Shown here: piece by piece, positions 39,240 through 51,127 of the stretch
How the letters are laid out: each line of letters starts with the position of its first letter
Position numbering within the stretch: the first letter of the stretch is position 1
DNA from: Lama glama
Lineage: Eukaryota
Length of the DNA: 64,000 nt
Assembly (NCBI GenBank): GCA_028534125.1
Contig: CM052816.1
Coordinates: forward strand, 86,678,001 to 86,742,000
Reading direction: 5' to 3'
Notes under the pieces: generated by a model
Seen by the model: only the letters and a program-made list of their open reading frames with translations
What the model was told of the DNA's origin: nothing
Databases searched by the model: none
Made by a program: the position numbers and the translations under genes

Positions 39240-40030
39240 CAAATATTGAGTATTAACTATATGCAGTATTCTATGGGCAACACAAATAAGGTTCAATCAT
39301 AGTTCATGCTAGAAATGTGTGAACAGTATAAGGAAAAAAATCAAGATATTTAAATACAGTAGGGCTATTCTAATTTCCATAAAGAAAGATAAAAGTACAA
39401 TGAAGAGTCAAAGAAGAGCATGATCAGATACTACTAAAGAGGAAGAACAAAATAAGAACTTTAGGAAATAGGAAGCAAAGAATGCCACAGTTAATCCAAC
39501 AAAAATATACTTCAACCTTAAAAACTAATATTCATTTAATTGCTTTTTTTATAAATAATCTGTTTACATATGCTTACAATTAAACATAGACTGTTCTAGA
39601 GTATGCTTGTCTTTGCTACTTCTAAAGATTATACTCAAAAAACCGGTGGCAGAAACTAAAGTATAATATTCCTCCAATTAATAATCTAGGTACTCAAAGT
39701 TTATAATATTCTCATTTGATTATTCAGTTTTTTTCATGCTAAGTTAGAGACTGAACAGTGAGTAGATAGAGTGGGAAAATTGTGGTTATAGACATAGATT
39801 ACAGAGCTTTGAAATACAGAGAAAAAAGAAAGGACAAATATATCATTTTCATTTTAGAAGTCAGTGTTGTATGATTGTTCTTAACTTTTACATTAAAAAA
39901 AATTTGTTTTGCCAAATGTTATGTTTGAAGATGTTTGAAGCCAAAAGAAAAAGAGCCAGCAGAATCTTTGAGACTGATGGTTAGAGACCCTGAAAGGAGA
40001 GAGACTGCTGATTGCCTTACATGAGAGAGA
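39240..40030 (-). mobile_element. Scattered L2 fragments
   Basis: AAATATTGAGTATTAACTATATGCAG (3' end antisense) and GATGTTTGAAGCCAAAAGAAAAAGAGCCAGCAG. Confidence 0.35.
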
Positions 40031-40380
40031 AAAGGTGAATCATTTCTTACGGTAAAGAATTTTAGAAAGGCACTGGACAATTGGCCCTTCTTGTGATACC
40101 AGACAGAACATTCAAGAAGAAAAAAATTACTGTAAGATTAGAGATCTGTTGATGCTAAGCATCTCTACCTCTAACGAGATTAAAGGTAGAGACAGAGGGG
40201 CAGGAGGGTGGTAATTAAGTATAGGAGTTGTGTAGCTATCAAAATAGGGGATCCAGGACATTAGTGGAACTAGTGCAAGTATGACTGTGCATGCAATGCT
40301 TCTTGCAGCGTCAGAGGACGCCATTCTCACTGTAGTCATCTTGAGTATGTATGTATGTGTAACATGTCTGAATATACCTG

Positions 40381-40488
40381 TATCCTTTCTTTTTCTTTCT
40401 TTTTTTTTTTCAAGTCTAGTTACCACTTGTCATCATACAACATTACACTATTATTGGCTGTACTCCCCATGCTGTACATTGATGTACA
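40381..40488 (-). mobile_element. Tiny L1 3'-region insertion with T-rich tail and 12-bp flanking direct repeat
   Basis: T-rich tract then AAGTCTAGTTACCACTTGTCATCATACAA..CCCCATGCTGTACATT, flanked by TGAATATACCTG at 40369-40380 and 40489-40500. Confidence 0.7.
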
Positions 40489-41254
40489 TGAATATACCTG
40501 ATTTTGAACTGAGAAATAGGGAACTCATTACAGAGTTGTCAAAAGATGGTTGAGAGGGTAAGTTAGAGGAGATTTTGCATCATAAGGAATAAGTGATATA
40601 TCTGAATAGTGATTTAACTTTCCAATATTGATGAGTAATAACTGTTAGCCAGAATAATGAAAACTTAATCTTTGAAAAGTGTTTTGATTTTTCCCTCTGA
40701 TTAATGTTTTATTATGTACTCTGTTTGCAAAGATTTAATGAGGAGAAATAATTATGGCTATAAAATGGTAAATTAATTCTGATCATAAAGTGATTTTAAC
40801 TATATGCTATTTATAATTTAAACTGTGATGTGTTTTACCACATTATTGATTTTTACTATCTTAAACTTGGCTTTACTGGCAGTGGTAGTTTCAGCAGATT
40901 TTTGTGTTTTTATAAACCAATTCTAATTCACTAGGCTGACCACGTTGCTCAAGACAAAGCAGTTTTTTGTTATACAACCAGCTACCTATATGGACTAAAC
41001 AGAAATAAAAAGGAGGATAGAACAGACAACATGACAAAGGCGGTGACATCAGCTGTTTCAATTCACATTTTAAGAAAGCATAATTAATATTATATGGCAT
41101 TTATGATTATTAAAGATTCTATATCTTTTAATTATAGTGCATTTAGATCCATAATTTCTGTTATTAGTCAATTGTAAACTTCCATCTTTTTATTTCCTAC
41201 ATCAGATTTATGAAATGCTGGGTGAAAATTTAAATGCTCCTTGAGGGAGGGTGT

Positions 41255-41450
41255 ATTGTGGCCTAGAAACAGGCATCACGGGTTCAAATTTCCAGTTTGT
41301 CATTTGCTAGAAATATACATTTGGATAAACTATCTAAGCTCTCTATACACCATTTTGCTCATCTGGAAAAATAGGGGTGATAATATCTCACATGATTATT
41401 AGGGAAAAGAAAGTGCCATTAAGTCAAATATTTATGAGTGTTTGGCACAG
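41255..41450 (+). mobile_element. MIR SINE
   Basis: GGGTTCAAAT..TTTGCTCATCTGGAAAAATAGGGGTGATAATA..GTGTTTGGCACAG. Confidence 0.7.
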
Positions 41451-41659
41451 GGAGATGGAACTCTCCAAGTCATTCTCCAGAGATTTGTTATATTGCAATT
41501 TATTCACTTTGTATAGAAAGGATTTGTAATCTGTTTTCATCTGCCATTCGCTTAAGTGATGATTCTACAATGTTTCGTTCAGTTTAGGTATGAATACAAT
41601 AAAGCAGTAACCGTGGGGTATTCTAATGAAATAGCTTGCTAATTATATAAAGAATTGTT

Positions 41660-41806
41660 ACCGTATTCCAGGACTCCAGAACTCCCACCACACCTCTTAA
41701 CACAGTCCTGACACTGTATGAATTTGAATTATTTGCTCTGTATATGTTTAATTTATTAAAAGCTCAGGAGGTGAGTCAAATGTACATACCTGGTTAAGAA
41801 TCATGA
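41660..41806. mobile_element. MER5-like (hAT-Charlie) remnant
   Basis: AAAGCTCAGGAGGTGAGTCAAATGTACATACCTGGTTAAGAATCA resembles the MER5A/B end. Confidence 0.35.
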
Positions 41807-42496
41807 TTAAGGTTATCCTACCTAAGGTCTTTTTTTACAGTTAAAATTTAGGGTCACTTCCTTGATTCCTATAGTTTCAATATATCAGTTGGTACTCTTG
41901 GATCAAAAAGTGACAGAATTTGCTTAATTCTATTTCAGTCGAACTTCTCAATTAACTTTGTAAATAATAAAACGGTCACTATTATCTCCTTGGGTCATTT
42001 TTAAAAAAATGTTGCAATGTTTTCTGATCTTCATGTTTATAATACCTTCTTCGACTTTTATAGTTCTCATAGCTTTTTTGTGTGCCGGCACTAGAATTCG
42101 ACAAGTAATGACTTCTGAAACTCCGAATTAAAAATTGTGTTTGTACATTTAAAATATTTAAATTTTTCTGTCACTCGTATATCTCATCTCATGATAGGTT
42201 ATTTACAATATATTCTACATCTGCTTACTCGGCTCCTATTTTCCTTCACAGGATGATAAGGTTATTCAGGTGATATTTAAAGCATGAATAAATTAGTCTT
42301 TATAAATACTTCATTATAAGGAGCTACTGAGAAAGATATTTTAAAATTCTCTCTTTCTTTCTTTTAAACTTATTTCTCTCGGATAAATCTGCTCTTATTA
42401 AACTGGCAGACATCTACTAAGTTTAAGCCCAGATTGAGAACATGATTTTCTCTTATTTTACGTTCTCAATTATAATTGTTAAAGAAAGCAGGGTAT

Positions 42497-42830
42497 TGAT
42501 TATCAGGTACTATGGGGTGAGAGAGATGGGGAGATGCTGGTCAAGGATACAAGCCTTCAATTATAAGATGAATAAGCTCTGATGATCTACAGTAAGCACG
42601 GTGACTACAGTTAATAATACTGTGCTGTGTATGTAAATTTTGCCAAGAGATTAGACTTTGAGCATTCTTACCACACACAAAAAAGGTAGCTGTGTGAGGC
42701 AATGCTTATGTTAGTCAACTAGACTGTGGTAATCACTTCACAAAGTATACATACATCGACTCATCACATTATACTTTCTAAATGTTTACACTTTTATTTA
42801 TCAATTATACCTCAATAAACCTGAAGGAAT
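42497..42830 (+). mobile_element. L1MA8/L1MA9-type 3' end
   Basis: ATGGGGAGATGCTGGTCAAGG..TATAAGATGAATAAG..GGTGACTACAGTTAATAATACTGT..GTGGTAATCACTTCACAA..CAATTATACCTCAATAAA. Confidence 0.85.
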
Positions 42831-42844
42831 AAGAAAGACAGAAT

Positions 42845-43200
42845 TGTATATGCCCATTAGCAATCACCAGAGAGATAACTAGTTGAAAAAAGTTTAGCTT
42901 ATTAATATTTGTTGCAAAAGAAAAAGGGAGACCACAAAGCATGTTGAAATCATGGGGTGTCTCAGAGAGAGGGTTGAGGAAGAGTTTATTGGGCTTAGAA
43001 TACATTAGGTGATTTTGATGAGGGTTTAAGAAAGCAGCTGATTATTCTGGAAAGGATGCTATCAGAAACAGGGACAATTCTCTGATTGACAATATCTTTC
43101 TCCCTTTTTTTTTTAAATCTAGATGGTGGAACAAAGTGAAGTTAGTTTGTAATCTTCAGAGAAGCATCAAGTTATGACAACTAGAAAAGGGATGTTATAT
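42845..43200 (-). mobile_element. Old LTR fragment (MER110/MER90-like ERV1, family uncertain)
   Basis: CCCATTAGCAATCACCAGAGAG..AGTTGAAAAAAGTTTAGCTTATT..GGGTGTCTCAGAGAG. Confidence 0.45.
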
Positions 43201-43449
43201 CACTTTCAATATATTAATAACATTAAAACAGCAATAAATAGAAATTAATAATCGTAATGAAATCACTTGGATTAATGGATACCTGTGTTATATGTATTGA
43301 TATAATTTGATTCTAGAGTCCTCTCTCAAGCTTCCTATTATATAAATAATTAGGTTACCTTCCAAAAGAGAACTGTTTTGTAGCTATTTCTGGCAGTATA
43401 GGATGCTGAATTTGCTTCTTCATGAGAAGAAAATAATGTAGAATTTAAA

Positions 43450-43710
43450 ACCACCTGGAATCGGGATGCTAATTATCTGGGTTAGTATTTAACTTCTGTG
43501 ACCTACTATGTTGTATGATCTTGAACAGGTTATTTAACTTTGCTTTTAAAAATATTGTTTTCTACCTATTTCCTCATCAGTAAAATAGGATTGAAAATAA
43601 TACTTGATTCATTTTTTTTTTTGCGTTTTACAGGTGTTGATAAGTAAAAATACTTAGAAGAGAATCTGGCATGTATGGAGCATACGATACATGTGAGCCA
43701 TGTTATTATT
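43450..43710 (+). mobile_element. MIR SINE
   Basis: TGTATGATCTTGAACAGGTTATTTAAC..TTTCCTCATCAGTAAAATAGG..ACTTAGAAGAGAATCTGGCATG. Confidence 0.75.
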
Positions 43711-43959
43711 CCTTGTTCTTCTGTCACTCTGTCTTCCTAACACTGCTCTTCCATTTCCTCATTCCTTTCTTCCAGAATTGTCAACAGAACTAGAGTGACA
43801 CTAGGAAATGTCAAATCTGTAGCTTTCTTTTCAGGTGATTTCGCTCTATCATTTCTGGCCTTATGTCCCAGTGCTTCAGGACAGAATCCTTTCTTGATCA
43901 TCTATTTCATTAACCCTAATTGAATGAAGGAAGACATTTCTGTACCTTTTTAGAGACTC

Positions 43960-44315
43960 ACTACACACACTCTAATCCCATTTCCTATTCTTTTTCCTCT
44001 TCCAGCTAATTTTCTTGCCTCTCTTTGCAAGTGAGTGTGGCCATGAGAGTGAATGTTGGCTAAATAGTGACCAAACCATGTCCAAGTGCATTTAATCAGA
44101 ATATCTTGCAGAATCCTCCATGTTTTTTCTCTTCCCTCAGCCTACAAGTCAGAAGAGCAAAGGGACTTAGGTCACTGAATGACTAGGTGCATGATATAAA
44201 GTCTCCCAGCTGATCTGGACTGCATTAGCACATGAGAAATATAAAGATTTTTTATGCACATGGTATGTCACTGAGATTTCATTATTGCAGTTATTGTGGC
44301 AATTACCTGACCATC
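43960..44315 (+). mobile_element. MLT1I/J-like MaLR LTR
   Basis: GCCTCTCTTTGCAAGTGAGTGTGGCCATGAGA..GGTCACTGAATGAC..CATGAGAAAT..CACTGAGATTT. Confidence 0.6.
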
Positions 44316-46029
44316 TTCACTGGGCAACATATGCCTTCAAATCTCCAGTGCTCAATAAATGACTGCTGTTTGTTTGATGAACATGAATCAGAATTTACTG
44401 GATAATACAGTTATCTTCTTAAAAGAATCTCTTAATAAAATAATGAGAAAGATAAATAACACTTTGTCTCTTAAAGAGTAAGTTACTTTCTCATCCATAA
44501 AAGTACCTTTTCTAATAAATATATGACAGATTTTAATATGCAAGTTTAACTTGACAAAGCATAGTATTTTTTTAACAAACACACTTATAATTTTCAAACT
44601 TTAATCTTCTTGATTTACTGGAATTTTATTAGGGTGAATTAACTGTGTCCATATTTCATCATATTAAAAATGACTCAAAGGTGCAAAAAAACTTCGTATC
44701 TCTCGCCATTCAATTTTCCTTTAGTTTATATTTTCTCACTTCTACTTAGTAAATGTAATCAGAGACTTCTAAATATACATCTCACACAAAATTCTGAAAT
44801 ATTTACATTTACTGAATCGTTCTCTTACTATATTCAGAATAGTCAAAACTTTATGCATGTGCATAATATTGACCCACCTTAGATAAAGTAAAAAGAGAAA
44901 ACGAACTGAGAAAATATAAAACTGCTGACTAGCTTGTCTCTCTTTTACTAAGGGCAGGAGGAGAAAATATGAAGAGGAATTTCAGCATGAAGGATTTGGA
45001 ATTACTTCCTGTCAACAAGAGCCCTGAAATATATGTTTTTTTGATTGAACAATAAACTTAGGTAATAAAGCAGTAAAAAATCCAATCACGTCTGATTACA
45101 CAAATATTTTATGTACCATAAGTAAGTCAATACACAATTTAAAGCAAAAACAAAATCACCGAATTTTACTGTACCATAGGTTAAGTATTTTGACCATTAC
45201 ACTTTGCCATGAATTATACATTAATAATTGCTAATCACTGTGTAATATGGTCTTTGACAAAGGTTTTAAATTATTTTATTTGCTATTTGGGCACACAGTA
45301 CTTAACAGAAGTTAATTCATCTTCTAAATCTTTCATAAACCTTTTATTGCAGGGGATACCAACTCTACATCAGAGATAGTATGTTAACGTCATATTTCCA
45401 TTTACTCCATAATAATTCACTCTCCCAATTACAGAACTGGAAAATGTTTTGGCAATTATCTGATTGGATAATGTAATATTACTTACTCTGTGTCTAACCA
45501 AACAAAAATGTACCTATTTGTTTTAATGGTATCTGACAGATATAGTAACCTAATGAAATTAAAGGAGGGGAAAACTAGGCTAGATTATCATCTTTGTCCT
45601 AACTTGTCTTATGAAGAAAAAAAATGTTATGATTAATCTGCCAGAACATCTTCAATGGTGCCAGCTCAGCGAGAGGCATTAACAAGCAATTAAAGAGCTC
45701 AGTAGAATCTTATGGAAATGTCCTTGAGGGAGGTTGTTGATTGAACTATTAAATGTGGACATACAAAAAATATAAAACTAGAAATAATCAAGGGCTTATT
45801 GCCCTATTAATTTGAACTTATATTTGGATTAAATAATTGGCTAAAACCTAAATAAATAATTGGTTCTTAAATTTGTTTTCCGTGGTTCAAGAATACATAA
45901 TTATTGATATTATTCTTAATCATCTTTTCCAGAAGGGCATATTAACATTTCTCATTTTTCTTTTAGCTATTTGCATGAACTTGTAAGACCTCATTTTTTT
46001 TTGCATTAAATAGAGCTGAGGACTGTGAT

Positions 46030-47046
46030 ATCTATACCAAACGAGCAACTGAGAATACATGGAAAACGAGTGGCCAATACTTGTGTTCAGTCTCTACTAA
46101 GGCCCAGCAGCAAGTCGAAAGCTGCTTCTCAAAAGGAGAATACTATCTGTGAAGATGGTAGGACTTGGCCCCCGAATCCTAAGGGTCTGCTCTGTGATTC
46201 ATCTGTAAAAGCCTGCAAAAGGCCCGAGACAGCATCTCCATCTGCCGCTGACACGTTAAGCACAATCAGATCTGCAGGATCGTACGGACCAAGTGGAAGA
46301 ACGACCTCCTACACAGCAGCGCAGACCTGCTGTGGAGCTTTTCCATGTTCTGGGCCCTGTTCACCACTATCAGTGCCTCAGGTTACTAGGTAAATGGGCT
46401 ATGGTGGCAAACACAAATGAGGAACATGCTGCCTCCAAAATCCAAAGCATTCCGGTAGACTCGAGTATCTCTATTCCGGTGGTAGCAGGGGTCTGATGCA
46501 ATAGCTTATCCTTCACTCTAGAGGGAATATACTGATATGCTCCTCATCATTGGGCCACTAGAAATTTCATTCCAGTGAAAGGCCTCTGAAGGTTAGTCAA
46601 GTTTACTTTCTATCCTGTGATACACAGTGTGTTACCAGTGTGTCTAGGGCAGTTGCTACTTCTAGTTCACTATGTCTAATCAGCACGATATCTTCCATGT
46701 AAAGGATCAGCACGATGTCTGGAGGAAAAAAGAGGTGATCAAGTTCCTTGTGATCTAAGCTATGATACAGGGCTTGAGAGTCGACGTCCTCTCAAGGTAG
46801 GGCAGTGAAGGCATATTAATAGTCTTGCCAGCTTCTGCTGGTCTTTACAAACAGTTATCAAGAAAAAAAAAATTCTAGATCACTAGCTGTATATTCAAAT
46901 CAGAGTATGGGTAGGTACATTTGCTCAAGCAATGAAACAGATCTGGAACGGCAGCTACAATTGGAGCCATCACCTGTTTGAGTTTATAATAATCCACTGT
47001 CATTCTCTGAAACTCATTTCTGTGTTTTCTGTGCAGAGACTAGATC
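46030..47046 (-). mobile_element. ERVL pol (RT-RNaseH) pseudogenic fragment
   Basis: The minus strand reads RMTVDYYKLKQVMAPIVAAVPD, a YIDD-equivalent YMED (46690-46701), IPSRVKDKLLH, FGFWRQH, LPLGPYDPAD, RPLGF and YSPFEKQL. All are ERVL pol motifs, broken by stops and frameshifts. Confidence 0.9.
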
Positions 47047-47189
47047 TCCTCTTTGGCAAAGTCATATTCTGTATTACACAAGGTGATCCCTGGCCTTTGG
47101 TCAAGGCTTCCTTCCGGGGGAAAAAAAAAAATCAAAAAATCATAACATTTGGAGGAACCAGTGTAGGGGTAGGGACAGAGTTAAAAAAA

Positions 47190-48002
47190 AATCTAACTGA
47201 TCATAGTATTTCTAGAAAATAAATAGATGGGCAGTTCACTAATTTTCTACTCGGTTCACACATGCAGAAGAGTTCCAGGTTACATGGACAAAATTCTAAC
47301 TTGAATCAGCAAAGCAGAGAATCACAGCTTCTCAATACACTCTCAGACTTGTGCCAGTTTACAGACCTAGAATCCACTGAATGAAGGGGAGGTTGGGTGC
47401 ATGAAAAGGGTACTTGCAACACTGATATACTATTTATATTTCTCCAAAGGGACATATGACAATTTACCCGGGCAGTTTTCCATTGGGAAATCAGACTCTT
47501 TATGGATTTCTGAACACTGAGACTGAATGAAATGACACTAACTCCAGGACACCTCAGAAGTTACTGTGGTCCACCAGTCAGAGAAGGGGTTTATAGAGGT
47601 CAGGTGATCAACAGAGTTTTAGCTCAGGTCCATCTCACAGTGGGTTCAGCGGATCCCGTGAAGGTTATGTATAGCATTTCTTCAGTTTTAGAATGTATAT
47701 CTGGAATAGACATACACAGCAACTAGCATAATTCCCACATGAATCTCTGACCCCTTTGGGGGCTTTTATGGTAGGAAAGAAAAGGTAGAGAAGGTCGAAT
47801 GTCTATGTGATTTGAACCTGGTTCATTTTTATGCTGTGACTAGATACACTTTGACTACAAAACTAACAAACCAAAAGCAATATTGCATTCCTAGAGGGTT
47901 TGCAGGGGTTAGTACTATCATCAAGGACTTGAAAGATTCAGCTCTGGTGATTCTACCATATTCCCATTCAACTTAACTATCTGGCCTACACAGAAAGATG
48001 CC
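47190..48002 (+). mobile_element. ERVL gag 3' end, protease and RT start, opposite in orientation to the adjacent pol
   Basis: CCAGTTTACAGACCTAGAATCCACTGAATGAAGGGGAGG gag/pro junction. ORF 47532-47726 (TLTPG..CGPPVREGVYRGQVINRVLAQVHLTVG) is the ERVL protease. AAGCAATATTGCATTCCT and TTCCCATTCAAC..TGGCCT mark the RT start. Confidence 0.85.
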
Positions 48003-48019
48003 AGATTTTTGCAATAGCT

Positions 48020-48710
48020 CTCTCAATATATCTTTATTACTGGTTCTGTTTCTCTGGTTGAGCCCTGATCTATAAAGATTTTGGTACCTGGAGTGGAGTG
48101 CTGCACTAAAAAAATTCCTGAAAATATGGAAACGGCTTCAAAGTTTGCAAATTTATAGAGGATAAAAGAATTTTGGTAATCCTGGATTTATTTGCTCAGA
48201 CTACTAGTAAATACATGGGCAAAAGGGCATTGTGAGTGAGAGCTTAGAAGGAATTGAGTATGATAGAGAAAACCTGTTTCATCTTAAAGAATACCTAAAT
48301 CTTTTATAGAATATCTAAATCTTAAAAAGACTTTTTGGAAGTGAGGTTTCAAATGAAATGAGGAAAATGCTACTGGAAACTGGAGGAAAGGTGATCCTTG
48401 TTATACACTGGCAGGAAACTTAGTTGAATTGCATCCTAAAGATATGTGGAAAGCAGAACATTTAGGCAATGGACTTGTGTATTTAGATGAGATTTCCTGG
48501 TGAAGTGTTAAAGATGTGGTATTGTTTCTTCTTACTGCTTATAGTAAAATTCTAGAGAAAAGAGATAAATTGGGGGAAGAACTGTTAAGCAAAAAGGAAC
48601 TAGACTTTAATAATTTGGGAAATTTTAAGTCTATCCAAATTGCAAAAGACTCTAAAATGAAAAGATTTACTGTCAGTAAAGTGTGCTCTTGAGAGAAAGT
48701 TAACCTTTAG
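48020..48710 (+). mobile_element. MLT2-type LTR 3' end, tRNA-Leu-like PBS and MaLR (MLT1-int) internal sequence
   Basis: TGGTTCTGTTTCTCTGGTTGAGCCCTGA, then PBS TGGTACCTGGAGTGGAGT (48082-48099), then the MaLR ORF motif GGAAACTGGAGGAAAGGTGATCCTTGTTAT (GNWRKGDPCY). Confidence 0.75.
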
Positions 48711-48759
48711 CTAGTGTCTCCAAAGTATCAAAATGCCAGAGTGTTCAATCACACAGAGT

Positions 48760-49063
48760 GCTCTTTGAAGAGGTGATGTGACCACAGAAGTAGAAGGAGA
48801 AAGGAAATGTGACAATGAAAGCAGAGATTGGACTGATGTAGAGTCATGAGCCAAAAAATACAGGTATCTTGTAGAAGTTAGAAAACAGAAAAGCAAATTG
48901 TCCCCCAGAGCATACAAAAGATCACAGCACCACCAACCCTTGATGTTAGCCTGCGAAAACTGGTTTTGAGCTTCTGAACTCAACAACTGTAGGATGCCAA
49001 ATTTGTTATTTTAAGTCTTTAAGTTTGTGGTAATCTGTTACAACAGAACGGGAAATTAATACA
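48760..49063 (+). mobile_element. MLT1C/D-like LTR, 3' part
   Basis: GCAGAGATTGGA..AGCCAA..CCCCCAGAGC..CCTTGAT..AAGTTTGTGGTAATCTGTTACA..GGAAATTAATACA. Confidence 0.8.
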
Positions 49064-49659
49064 AAAACTTTTATAAGTTCTGTTCATTCAAAAAGGCATA
49101 TTGAAAAAACACCTGTTACTACTATGAAAAATAAAATAATTTCTTTCTTTTTTGTATTCTATAAAAACTGTCATTCTTCCAGCAATTTTCCTAATAAAAT
49201 TTAATAAATATAAATTATTGATTCCAATACCTAAATGTCCTTCAACTTTTAAAGTTAGGTTTCACTTTCTTTAAATGTTAATGGAAATATTATTCCTAGG
49301 GACAAATGAGAAAATTAATTGCACTAAAGTCTCTCTGAGTACACAGCTACCTTCTTTTGTATTTATGCCTCTTATTGGTACAAGTCAGGGAAGAACTATC
49401 ATTTACTTGGCTTCCAAATCACCACTGTCAGGACCTAAGAGAGGGCCTCAAACTCTACACACTCCTGGAAATATCCCACCTTCCCACTTCATCCAGAGTC
49501 TCAGACTGAGGAACCAGAAGATCTGTGTCAATCATCATGCCATTTATTTCACACGAAAGTCAGGATTCCTGGGATATTCTTTATTCATAGGCTTCGAAAC
49601 TCATGAATCTCAATGAGCAGTAAGTAAATCCGTTTTACTGTCCCCTGTAAACTTTACTT

Positions 49660-49845
49660 AGCTTCATATACTTATTACTATCTGGCATTCTATATATTTT
49701 AGCTATCACTTGTCTGTCTCCCTTCTTTAGAAAGTATGTGACATGAAGGCAGTTTTTTTGTGTGTTTGCTCATAGCTGTACCCTAAGGAACTAGAACATT
49801 TCCTAATCCGTACTAGATGTTAATTAAATATTATTGAAAAATATA
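49660..49845 (+). mobile_element. L2a 3' end
   Basis: TTGTCTGTCTCCC..TAGAA..CATGAAGGCAG..GCTGTACCC..CTAGAACA..AAATATTATTGAA. Confidence 0.7.
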
Positions 49846-51127
49846 TATGAAAAAGAGATTATAGTAGGTCCTTAATAAATGCTTGTGATATGTATCAGAG
49901 CATTTATTTTATATAGTACAGTAAAATAATTACAAGGTAACTCATTAGACACAAATTAGACTCATTAGTCATATATTAGCTGTAAATAAGTAAAACTTAA
50001 AAGTTTGCTTTTGGTTTGATAAAAGTAAATTCATTCATTTCACTGGCTATCCTGAACTGATAAAAAAAAAAAAATCCAGTAGTTTGCCTAAAGTGTGACT
50101 GACACAGCTCCCCTAAGGTTATAAGAAATGCCATATTTAAGAAAATAAATGCAATGATTTTTCTTAGTTTTTGCTTATTTCCAACTAAATATTTTCGATT
50201 GATACAGTTATTTATAAATATCTCATTTGTATGAACTTCTGAGACATTATCACGCATTTTATTTTAGCATGTGTATATTTTTATTTGGAATATATTTTCC
50301 TTAAATTTTTATATATAATTCAGTTGTCTTTATCATTAATTTTTCTTGATAAAAGTATTCCATTTTCTCCAATATCTGGGGGAATTTCTGGCCATTGAAG
50401 GGCTATAATTTCCTACAATGTAGCATAGTCATCCAAAATAAACTAATACAAAAAAAATCAATGAATACTTCTTTGTCTCAGGTACAAAAATGTAACAAAC
50501 TAGACAGAAGCAGATGTTTCTGAAGATGGTGTGCAGATCCCAGTTATGTTTATTATCCAAATTAAAGCAGCAATTTTGTTTTTTAAGTGGGTTATTTTAG
50601 TAGTAATAAAATAGCTTGTTCTTGGACATTATATTTTATTTATACAAGAAATCAAAAGAAACATACTTTAACAGATGCTATATTTTAACAAATATTCCTC
50701 CCATAAAGAATAATTCCCTTATATAATGTTTTTAACCAGTCCTTAGATGTTTGCTTTAGTGCTCTCAGTGGTTTTCATTAACATAACCTATCATTCAATA
50801 TAACAGAGTTGTTTGCATATTGCTGATTTTTTTTTGTGAAAATACAGTCTTGACAGAAAATGTAAAAGCTAGTATCATTTTAAATGTAAACTTGCAAAGC
50901 TAGTCCCATGAAAACTTCTGTACATCTTCACTGTGATCTCAAAATTCTAAAAGAAATATATATAATAACTCCGGTGTATTCTAGAAAAAAGTATGAAGAA
51001 ACGGTAATTTTCATTCGGCTAATATATAAAACAATTCACACTTATATGCAGAAACTGCATCACATTTATAACTTCTTTACAACAAGAAACTAAAATATAA
51101 ACAGGAGGATTATCACAGTTTAAGGAC

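Noticed and set aside
46025..46393. 122-aa plus-strand ORF
   Set aside because: It is the antisense frame of the ERVL pol fossil.
46030..46500. CpG island or promoter
   Set aside because: Short, about 50% GC and inside ERVL pol, with CpG density apparently below island level. Kept only as a substitution-bias observation.
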